The notes below the pieces were generated by a model. That model made no database searches and had not been told where the DNA came from. It saw only the letters and a program-made list of their open reading frames with translations. A program made the translations under genes and the position numbers. A DNA stretch of 32,000 nt from the NCBI GenBank assembly GCA_027064425.1, contig JAMOPO010000052.1:52372-84371 (forward strand), read 5' to 3'. This stretch comes from Methanobacteriota archaeon. Lineage in GTDB: Archaea > JAADCQ01 > Methanopyri > Methanopyrales > Methanopyraceae. Positions 14,861-21,748 of this stretch are shown piece by piece; positions within the stretch are counted from its first letter, which is position 1; each line of letters starts with the position of its first letter.

Positions 14861-15933
14861 CCCGCGAGCCAGAGGGCGATGCCTGCGAGGAAGGCGCCGG
14901 CCATCCAGTGCAGGGCCACCACGATCGGCTCGGGCAAATCGTACTTGTACTGGAGGTGATGATGCAGGGGCTCGACCGCGAGCCGGATCACGCCGGCGCG
15001 GTGGAGCAGGCTGATGATCGTGGACCCCACGGGCACGCCGAGGGCGATGACGGCGGGCACCTCGATCTTGTAGTACAGCGCGCCGGCGGCGTACGCGGCC
15101 CCCAGGAAGCAGCTCCCGGTGTCGCCCATGAAGATCTTGGCCGGGTACCTGTTGTGGAACAGGAAGCCGAGCGAGGCTCCGGCGAGCGAGGCGAAGAACG
15201 CGGCGCCCGGGAGCTGATTGTGGGCCAGGCACACGCCCGAGCACGCCAGAGAGGCCAGAAACAGGAGGCCCGCGGCCAGCCCGTCCATGCCGTCGATAAG
15301 GTTCACCGCGTTGGTCGCGCCCACGACGCCGAAGAGAGCCAGCGGGTAGAACAGCCAGGAAAGGTCGATCGTCCCTAAGTGCGGGAACCACAGCCAGGTG
15401 GCGGGCACGATAGGGAGAACGAAGAGCGCGGCTCCGGCCTGAAGCAGCAGCTTCTCCCGCTCGCTCAGCTCCTTCTTGATCGGCACCTCGCCCACGATCT
15501 CGATCTTGTCCGGCTCCTCCCTGAGCAGGCGCTTCAGGTCCCGCTTGGCCTTCTTCGTCGCCACCCGGGCCTCCTCACCGGGCTGGAGCACGAGCCGGCC
15601 GATCCTGATCGGCTCGTTGGAGACGTTCTTAACCACCTTCTGGTACTCCTCCACCTGCAGCCCGAGCAGGTCGTCCACCACTCCCAGCACCATCATGGGG
15701 AGTGCTGAGGCCAGGGGTGGCAGGGCCTGGATCGACACGAGGAGCGGTCCGGCGGCCGTGCCCAGGACGATCCCGAAACCGCCCATGATCGGTGTACCGG
15801 CCTTGTGAGAGTGCTCCGTGACGATCGGCCTGTCCACCACCCGGGCCTCCTTCATGTACCGCCGGAGGAGCCTGACGACAGCCCACGACGTCATCGTTGA
15901 GACGGCGAACGTCTCAACGATCAACCCGGTCAT
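14857..15933 (-). CDS. MraY/WecA-family (GT4) polyprenyl-phosphate sugar-phosphate transferase-like protein
   Basis: ATG 15933. It is a multi-TM protein with motifs GVVDDLLG (DD) and NAVNLIDGMDGLAAG, and a His-rich C-terminal loop VEPLHHHLQY. A ~68-aa charged insertion follows the DD motif. Confidence 0.85.
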   Translation of the reverse strand: MTGLIVETFAVSTMTSWAVVRLLRRYMKEARVVDRPIVTEHSHKAGTPIMGGFGIVLGTAAGPLLVSIQALPPLASALPMMVLGVVDDLLGLQVEEYQKVVKNVSNEPIRIGRLVLQPGEEARVATKKAKRDLKRLLREEPDKIEIVGEVPIKKELSEREKLLLQAGAALFVLPIVPATWLWFPHLGTIDLSWLFYPLALFGVVGATNAVNLIDGMDGLAAGLLFLASLACSGVCLAHNQLPGAAFFASLAGASLGFLFHNRYPAKIFMGDTGSCFLGAAYAAGALYYKIEVPAVIALGVPVGSTIISLLHRAGVIRLAVEPLHHHLQYKYDLPEPIVVALHWMAGAFLAGIALWLAG

Positions 15934-15939
15934 CCCCGC

Positions 15940-17079
15940 TCAGAGGAACCTGCTAGCCTCCCTGAGCCGCAGCTCGAACTCCTTCTCGGCCAGCTTCAGG
16001 TTGGCTCCTGCCGCCTTGAACGCCGACCGCAGCCTCTCGAACGCTTCTTTAAACGATTCCCCTCTCACCGCGATCCGGCCGGCCACGTCCACTCTACCGT
16101 AGTACTCGTAAAACACGTGGTACACTCCTCCGTCGAACATCTCCCGCAGGGGCTCCCGCCGGGAGGCGTTCCACACCGGGCACTCGATCGCGTGCCAGAC
16201 CTTCCTGACCCGGGGCGGCCTCCAGCGATCCACGACCATGTCTACGAGCTCCCGCAGCGGCCAGATCCCGGAGCACCCGGAGGTCATGTACCGCGTACCG
16301 CTGGGCCGCGGGTTGAACTCCAGGAACCAGAACTCGTCCTCCCGGACCACCACGTCGAAGTCGATCGTGCCCTCCAGCCCCAGCCGCTTGACGAGCTTGA
16401 CCGCGCAGCGCTTGATGCCACGCTCCACCGACTCGTCCAGCGGGGCGGGGGCCATCCTCATTCGATCGATGGGGTGGTCGTCGTCCAGCGTCGACCCCTT
16501 GAACACGGGAACGAGCGGGACGACCTCCCCGTTCCAGGATAGGACCTCGATCGACACCTCCGCCCCCTCGATGAACTCCTCCACCAGCCGCCTACCGTGA
16601 ACCCTGGGCGCCGACCGCTCGTAAACGTCCACGTTAATACCGGCCTGCGACCGCGGGTCCTTCACGACGAGGGGCGGGCGCATCCGGGGCCGGTCGTCCT
16701 CCACCACCTCCCACTCGGGCGTCGGGATGTTCAGCTCCTCGAACGCCCGCTTCGCCTCGATCTTGTTCACACCGGTCTGAACGCCTCTCGGCCCCGAGGC
16801 CGCGACGGGGATTCCCTCCTCCTCCAACATCTCCTTCATCTCCGCCACCTCGGGGAGCGGATCGTCCACGCCGATGAGCGGGACCACCCCGTCCACGCCC
16901 CGCTCGAGCGCGATCCGCGCCGGGTGAGCCATCCCGCGGGGCACGAAGTGAACCTCGTCCGCCAGGTCCCAGTCCCTGCTCTCCGGGTTCGACTCGGTCA
17001 GGATCCGGTAGATCCCGGTGGAGGCCGCGTACTCCGCCACGTCCCGGAACAGCCGGGCGCCGACGAACAGGACCTTCAA
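15940..17079 (-). CDS. ATP-grasp ligase (carbamoyl-phosphate-synthase/Ddl-like fold)
   Basis: TTG 17079 forms a TTGA overlap with the upstream stop. KIEAKRAFEELNIPTPEW...PLVVKDP...LVEEFIEGAEVSIEVL...WFLEFNPRPSGT is a typical ATP-grasp core. Confidence 0.8.
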   Translation of the reverse strand: MKVLFVGARLFRDVAEYAASTGIYRILTESNPESRDWDLADEVHFVPRGMAHPARIALERGVDGVVPLIGVDDPLPEVAEMKEMLEEEGIPVAASGPRGVQTGVNKIEAKRAFEELNIPTPEWEVVEDDRPRMRPPLVVKDPRSQAGINVDVYERSAPRVHGRRLVEEFIEGAEVSIEVLSWNGEVVPLVPVFKGSTLDDDHPIDRMRMAPAPLDESVERGIKRCAVKLVKRLGLEGTIDFDVVVREDEFWFLEFNPRPSGTRYMTSGCSGIWPLRELVDMVVDRWRPPRVRKVWHAIECPVWNASRREPLREMFDGGVYHVFYEYYGRVDVAGRIAVRGESFKEAFERLRSAFKAAGANLKLAEKEFELRLREASRFL

Positions 17080-18608
17080 CCCTCCTCCCCCAGCGTCTCT
17101 TCCAGCTCCCTCAGAATGTCCTCCTTGAACTTCAGCGCCGCCTCGCCGAACAGCACGATCACCTCACACTCCGACTCCAGCGCCGACCTGAGACCGTCCA
17201 GAACCTGCTCCCTGGAGGCCCCCAGCGTCCCCCGCTTCTCGAAGCGCTCCGAGGCGCTCTCGGCCGCCACCACGTTGTCCGCCTCAACGTCATCGAGCAC
17301 GCGGTAGCACGCGTACGAGGCCGCGATGACCCGGTCCGAGAGCTTCGCCGCCCGCTCGAGGATCTCCCGGTCGCCCTCCGGCCCCAGCTCCGAGGCCACG
17401 GCGATGACCGCGCAGACGCGCCGGTCCTTGAACAGCTGCCGCAGGCAGCGCAGGGTCGCCTCCACTCCCGCCGGGTTGTGGCCGTAGTCGATGATCACCA
17501 CGCGCTCGCCGTCGTCCCACACGGTCTCCAGCCGCCCTTCCACCCCCTCGAACGAGGAGAGCGCGTGCGCCACCTCCCCCGGGTCCAGGTCCAGGAACTC
17601 GATGCAGACGGCCGCGGCCGCCACGGCGTTGTACACGTTGTGAAGGCCCATCACGGGCAGGCTGACCTCGAACTCGCCCCCCGGGCAGGCCAGCGTGAAC
17701 CCGTCCAGGGAGACGTCGGTGGCCAGGTAGTCCGGCGTCGGCGTCCTCAACCCGCACTCGCACCGGAAGTCGCCCACCCACGGGAGGATCTCCTCCACCT
17801 CCGCCCGCTCGCCGCACCAGCACTCCTTCTCCACGGTACCCACGGGCTCCGCCTCCACCCCGAAGTAGACGATGTCGCCGTCGAACCCGACCACGTCCGG
17901 CGCGCCCACGACCAGCGGGTCCTGAGCGTTCAGGACGGCCAGCTCCACCGAGTCGGGCTCAAGCAGCTCGATCTCGCACCGCGCGTACGTCTTGAAGTCG
18001 CCCGCCTTGTTCAGGTGATCGGGCGTGATGTTCGTCAGGCAGACGCACTCCACCTCGGACCACTCGGCCGCCTCGAGGATCTCCCCGCGCTCACCGAACG
18101 TCGCGATCTCCAGCACGCTCACGTCGCCCGGCAGCCGAGCCTGCAGCGGAGGCAGGTACCCGACGTTCCCCTGCATGCCCGGCAGTCCGGGGCCCCGGGC
18201 CTCCAGCCCCAGCTCCCGGCACACGTGCCGGATCATCGCCACGGTCGTCGTCTTCCCGTTCGTGCCGCCCACGCCCACCACCGGCCGCGTGGGTGGGATC
18301 TTCTTGAGCACGTCCTCCACCTCACAGACCCGGCACCCGTGCCGCTCGGCCATCCGGTACGGGGGAGCGCCCTCGTCCAGGCTGGGCGGGAGGACCACCG
18401 CGTCGGCCCGCTGGAACAGCTCCGGCGGGTGCCCGCCCAGAACGATCTCGATGTTCGCGTAGTCCAGCAGGGGCTCCAGCAGCTCGCACTCCTCCTCGTC
18501 CTTCACGTCCGAGGCGATCACGTGGTAGTCCCGCTCCGCGAGCACCCGGGCGACCAGGTTGCACACGGGCCCGCACACGCCGATGACCAGCACGGTGAAC
18601 CCCTTCAC
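17076..18608 (-). CDS. Mur ligase family protein with a MurC/D-like Rossmann N-domain and a MurT-like Cys4 ribbon insertion
   Basis: GTG 18608. N-terminus VLVIGVCGPVCNLVARVLAERDYHVIASD; P-loop GVGGTNGKTTT; LTNITPDHLN; IDYGHNPAG. The insertion is ECWCGERAEVEEILPWVGDFRCECGLRTPTPDY (Cys263/265/283/285, nt 17754-17822). Confidence 0.85.
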   Translation of the reverse strand: MKGFTVLVIGVCGPVCNLVARVLAERDYHVIASDVKDEEECELLEPLLDYANIEIVLGGHPPELFQRADAVVLPPSLDEGAPPYRMAERHGCRVCEVEDVLKKIPPTRPVVGVGGTNGKTTTVAMIRHVCRELGLEARGPGLPGMQGNVGYLPPLQARLPGDVSVLEIATFGERGEILEAAEWSEVECVCLTNITPDHLNKAGDFKTYARCEIELLEPDSVELAVLNAQDPLVVGAPDVVGFDGDIVYFGVEAEPVGTVEKECWCGERAEVEEILPWVGDFRCECGLRTPTPDYLATDVSLDGFTLACPGGEFEVSLPVMGLHNVYNAVAAAAVCIEFLDLDPGEVAHALSSFEGVEGRLETVWDDGERVVIIDYGHNPAGVEATLRCLRQLFKDRRVCAVIAVASELGPEGDREILERAAKLSDRVIAASYACYRVLDDVEADNVVAAESASERFEKRGTLGASREQVLDGLRSALESECEVIVLFGEAALKFKEDILRELEETLGEEG

Positions 18609-18619
18609 GCGTATCCCCC

Positions 18620-19639
18620 TCAGACGCGCGTCCCCGGGATCTCCCGACCGTACTCGCGCAGCAGCTCGCGCATCAGCGAGCGCACGTCCTCCAGGAGCCT
18701 CCTGGCCGCCTCCTCATCCCTCTCGACGGCTAGGCGGGGTAGGACGTCGTACCCTAAATCGTCGACTCGGTCGTCGATCTCGGAGTACTCGGACAGGACC
18801 GCGTGCAACTGCGCGAGCCGTTCCGTCCGCTCAACCCGGTTCAGCGTCCCGTGGACGTACGATCTCAGCGCGCTCTCAAGGTACATGAGCAGCCGGTACG
18901 TGAGGTCGCGGACGACGTCGCCCTCGTCCCGCGGTCCCTCCGGCACCCCGCCCCGGAACACCCGGCTCAGCTCCAGCCCCAGCCTCTCCTCCACCTCCCC
19001 CGCGTCCCACCTCGGGGTCTCCGTCTCGACCAGGTACTCCAGGCACTCCCGTGGAGACGCCACCCGCTCCACCATGAGCGAGCAGGCCCGGCCCGTGAGC
19101 GGGTTGTATCCCACCCGCTCGATGAACCGGTGCACTCCGTAGGGCCGGATGGGGCACGTGTAGTCCTCGTCGAACCATCCGCATTCCGAGACGATCCGCC
19201 GCACGTCCTCCCACGTCCACCGGCGCAGCGCCGGGTACCGGACCATCGTCACGCCGGGGGGGTATGGGTGGGTCACCCGCCGCCCGTACTTGCCTCGCAG
19301 CTCGTGGCCCGTGAGGACCGTGAGCAGCCCCAGCTGCTTGGCGCGTAGGCAGGCGGCGGTCAGGACCGTCCTCGCGCACTTGGTGCAGATGGGTAGACCG
19401 CGCCGGAGGGCTCGGCGGAACCACTCTCGAAGCCGAACGCGGACGACCTCGTGGCGGAGGCCCAGCCGCTCCGCGCACCTCCTGGCGTTCTCCAGGCACA
19501 CCTCGTCCAGGAACTCGTGAACGACCGTGACCGCCGCCTCCAGACGCCATCGTTCGGAGGCGTGGAGGGCGGTCGCCACGCTGTCCCGGCCGCCGGAGAG
19601 CGCCACGCAGGCGGGGTTGCTGGGGCTAGTCGTGCGCAT
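18620..19639 (-). CDS. PP-loop ATP pyrophosphatase (TtcA/TtuA/TilS-like core) with an uncharacterised acidic C-terminal domain
   Basis: ATG 19639 overlaps the gltX stop by 14 nt. PP-loop VALSGGRDS, then PICTKCARTVLTAACLRAKQLGLLTVLTGHE (the CxxC..R..L...A...G....GH pattern). The C-terminal ~150 aa are helical, acidic and unrecognised. Confidence 0.7.
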   Translation of the reverse strand: MRTTSPSNPACVALSGGRDSVATALHASERWRLEAAVTVVHEFLDEVCLENARRCAERLGLRHEVVRVRLREWFRRALRRGLPICTKCARTVLTAACLRAKQLGLLTVLTGHELRGKYGRRVTHPYPPGVTMVRYPALRRWTWEDVRRIVSECGWFDEDYTCPIRPYGVHRFIERVGYNPLTGRACSLMVERVASPRECLEYLVETETPRWDAGEVEERLGLELSRVFRGGVPEGPRDEGDVVRDLTYRLLMYLESALRSYVHGTLNRVERTERLAQLHAVLSEYSEIDDRVDDLGYDVLPRLAVERDEEAARRLLEDVRSLMRELLREYGREIPGTRV

Positions 19640-21344
19640 ACACGGCCCTCACACCGCTCGGCCCACACTCCTCGATCCGGGCGAAGTACAGCCGCTCGAA
19701 CTGCACCGTGCGCCCCGGCTCCTCCCGCTCCACGTTGGCCTCGACGTAGCCCCTATCCACCGACCCGTCCGGCCGCAGCACCTCGCACGGGATCGCCTGA
19801 TCCACCGGCACCCAGTGCACGATCCGCGCCCCCTCCCGTCGCGCGGTCCGGTAGTCCTCACTGTGGTACCGCCCCTGAACGACGCCGTCCCCCACCTCGA
19901 CGATCTCCACGTTCACCGCGTTCATCAGCCGGATCAGGTCGCCCTCCTCCAGCTCCTCACCGTCCTCCCGGTCCAGCCAAACGCGACACTCACCGTCCTC
20001 CGGATGCAGCACGAGCGCGCGCTCGCCCCGATCCTTGTCCGGGTGCAACGGGACCGTGGCCGCGTGGGGCTCCTCTAGCCCCTCGATCCGGAGCTCCACC
20101 GGGTCCCGGACGAAGAAGTACCGGTTGGACTTCGGGTCGATCAGGCGCCGGTTGCGCGAGTACAGCTGCTTCCAGCTGAAGGTCGCGTCCACGTCCGTCA
20201 GCCCGATCTCGAGGATCGTCTCACGGAGCGCCTCGGGCTCGATGCCCCGGCGCCGCAGCGCGCGCAACGTCGCCGTCCGCACGTCGTCCCAGCCCGTGAA
20301 CTCACCCGACTTAATGCCCTCCTTGATCTTGGACGTGCTCAGGACGGAACCCTCAACCTTCAGGATCCCGTAGTGCACGTACTCCGGTGTCTCCCACCCC
20401 AGGTGCTCGAAGATGAACTCCTGCCGCCGCGTGTTCGACTCGTGGTCCTTGCCTCGCAGTACGTGAGTAACCTCCATGAAGTGGTCGTCCACGGCGACGG
20501 CGAAGTTCATCGTCGGCCAGACGAGGTACCGGTCTCCCACCATCGGGTGCTCCTCCTCCACCACGCGGAACGCGACCCACTCGCGCACGGCCGGGTCGGG
20601 GTGGTCGACCTTCGTCTTGACCCGCACGACCGCCTCGCCCTCCGAGAACGCCCCGTCCAGCATCTCCTCCCACAGCTCGAGGTTCTCCTCGGGCTCCCGA
20701 GACCGGCACGGACAGGCCTGTCCCCGGTCCCGGAGCCGGCGGAACTCGTCGGCGTCGCACGTGCAGACGTAGGCCCCGCCCCGCTCCAGCAGCTCCTCGG
20801 CCACCCGGTAGTAGAGCTCCATCCGGTTCGACTGCACGTACCGCTCGTCCACGCGCACGCCCAGCCACTCCAGGTCCTCCTCGATCATGTCGTACGCCTC
20901 CGGGTCCACCCGCCGCGGGTCCGTGTCCTCGAACCGCAGGATCAGCGTGCCGCCGTACCGCCGGGCGTACTCGTCGTTGAGCACCGCCGCCCGAGCGTGA
21001 CCCAGGTGCAGCGGCCCGGACGGGTTGGGGGCGAACCGGAGCCGAACCTCGCCCTCCTTCGCCCCCGGGAGCGGCTTCAGCCCACCCTTCTCCCCCGCCT
21101 CCTCTTCCTCCTCCGCGCCGAGCTCCTCCAGCTCGCGCTTGATCTCCTCCAGGGACATCTTGTTGACTTCCTCGACCACCTCCCGGACGAGCTTGAGCAC
21201 CTCCTTCGCCCGGTCCCGGTACTCCTCGTGCTCTCGCATGACCTTCTTCATGACCGCGTTGGGGTTGGCCTTGCCGTCGTACTTGGCCGCGTTCTCCAGC
21301 GCGTACCGCCGGATCACGTCCCGAAGCTCCTCCAGCTCGCTCAC
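19626..21344 (-). CDS. gltX: Glutamyl-tRNA synthetase (archaeal type)
   Basis: HIGH motif RFAPNPSGPLHLGHARAA. The N-terminus VSELEELRDVIRRYALENAAKYDGKANPNAVM aligns with archaeal GluRS N-termini, so GTG 21344 is preferred over ATG 21437. The 31-aa extension from 21437 is G/P/R-rich and spans the putative promoter. Confidence 0.88.
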   Translation of the reverse strand: MSELEELRDVIRRYALENAAKYDGKANPNAVMKKVMREHEEYRDRAKEVLKLVREVVEEVNKMSLEEIKRELEELGAEEEEEAGEKGGLKPLPGAKEGEVRLRFAPNPSGPLHLGHARAAVLNDEYARRYGGTLILRFEDTDPRRVDPEAYDMIEEDLEWLGVRVDERYVQSNRMELYYRVAEELLERGGAYVCTCDADEFRRLRDRGQACPCRSREPEENLELWEEMLDGAFSEGEAVVRVKTKVDHPDPAVREWVAFRVVEEEHPMVGDRYLVWPTMNFAVAVDDHFMEVTHVLRGKDHESNTRRQEFIFEHLGWETPEYVHYGILKVEGSVLSTSKIKEGIKSGEFTGWDDVRTATLRALRRRGIEPEALRETILEIGLTDVDATFSWKQLYSRNRRLIDPKSNRYFFVRDPVELRIEGLEEPHAATVPLHPDKDRGERALVLHPEDGECRVWLDREDGEELEEGDLIRLMNAVNVEIVEVGDGVVQGRYHSEDYRTARREGARIVHWVPVDQAIPCEVLRPDGSVDRGYVEANVEREEPGRTVQFERLYFARIEECGPSGVRAVYAHD

Positions 21345-21377
21345 GGGCGCTCCCCCCGCCCGCCCCCTTTTCGGTTG

Positions 21378-21385
21378 ACAATAAG
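21378..21385 (-). promoter_or_regulatory. Candidate TATA box (CTTATTGT on the minus strand) for the gltX-led operon
   Basis: The minus-strand sequence cacGGCTTATTGTCAA lies ~37 nt upstream of GTG 21344 and shares GCTTATT with the aIF5A-side element at 4549-4555. GGGGGGAG lies between it and the start codon. Confidence 0.3.
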
Positions 21386-21474
21386 CCGTGAGCGTGAGGG
21401 GACGGGGGTGTCCCCCGCCCTCCGGTCCCGAGATCATCGAGCGGCGACGGCCGCCTCACCCGGGAGACCCAGAC

Positions 21475-21503
21475 GGGGGTCATCCTTTGAGGATCTGACC
21501 CCC
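21475..21503. other. Stem-loop GGGGGTCA-TCC-tttga-GGA-tc-TGACCCCC in the gltX/tRNA-Lys spacer
   Basis: An 8-bp perfect inverted repeat plus a 3-bp inner extension with a 2-nt bulge and a 5-nt loop. It is followed 20 nt later by the AT-rich GGTTTAATTAGTT (21522-21534). Confidence 0.5.
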
Positions 21504-21560
21504 GTGCGCCCGCCCCCGATTCGGTTTAATTAGTTCCCCGGCGCCCGCCCCACGCGCGGG

Positions 21561-21574
21561 GAAAGCTTTTTATA
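21561..21574 (+). promoter_or_regulatory. Archaeal BRE/TATA promoter for tRNA-Lys
   Basis: GAAAGC-TTTTTATA. The TATA is centred about 34 nt upstream of the mature tRNA 5' end (21605), which predicts a TSS near 21597 and a short leader. It is the only strongly AT-rich octamer in this GC-rich spacer. Confidence 0.6.
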
Positions 21575-21604
21575 GGACGGGCCCGCTGGCCGGGCCTGGA
21601 CGCC

Positions 21605-21682
21605 GGGCCGGCAGCTCAGTCTGGTCAGAGCGCGGGACTTTTAATCCCGTGGTCCCGGGTTCAAATCCCGGCCGGCCCACCA
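21605..21682 (+). tRNA. tRNA-Lys (anticodon UUU) with genomically encoded CCA and C at position 8
   Basis: Folded by hand: acceptor GGGCCGG/CCGGCCC, C8-A9, D-arm GCTC-AGTCTGGTCA-GAGC, anticodon arm CGGGA-CTTTTAA-TCCCG, variable TGGTC, T-arm CCGGG-TTCAAAT-CCCGG, discriminator A, CCA at 21680-21682. Confidence 0.93.
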
Positions 21683-21748
21683 GCCCGGATCGTTACGAGT
21701 CCCAAAACGTTTCGTGTGTAATAACGACCGCCCGGGGCGTGGGGGCGT

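Noticed and set aside
13112-14959. 615-aa plus-strand ORF, the longest in the window.
   Set aside because: It is exactly antisense to the Mur ligase gene. Its composition is R/P/L/H/Q-rich with no recognisable motifs, as expected for a stop-free antisense frame in GC-rich DNA. The minus-strand frame carries clear Mur-ligase motifs.
17478-19142. 554-aa plus-strand ORF.
   Set aside because: It is antisense to the second Mur ligase and the PP-loop gene. It has low-complexity R/P/H/L/V composition and no motifs.
20353-21533. Two long ORFs (376 aa on the minus strand at 20353..21483; 386 aa on the plus strand at 20373..21533) overlapping gltX.
   Set aside because: They are alternative or antisense frames of the GluRS gene. 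Their G/R/P-rich translations have no motifs, while the GluRS frame has HIGH and full-length similarity.
21683-21748. Checked the tRNA-Lys flank for an integrated element (attachment-site repeat, integrase) and for a terminator.
   Set aside because: No duplicate of the tRNA 3' end, no integrase or transposase ORF and no compositional island were found. argS begins (ends, on the minus strand) 66 nt away. Only weak T-runs (GTTTT on the minus strand, AAACGTTT palindrome) are present, too weak to annotate as a terminator.
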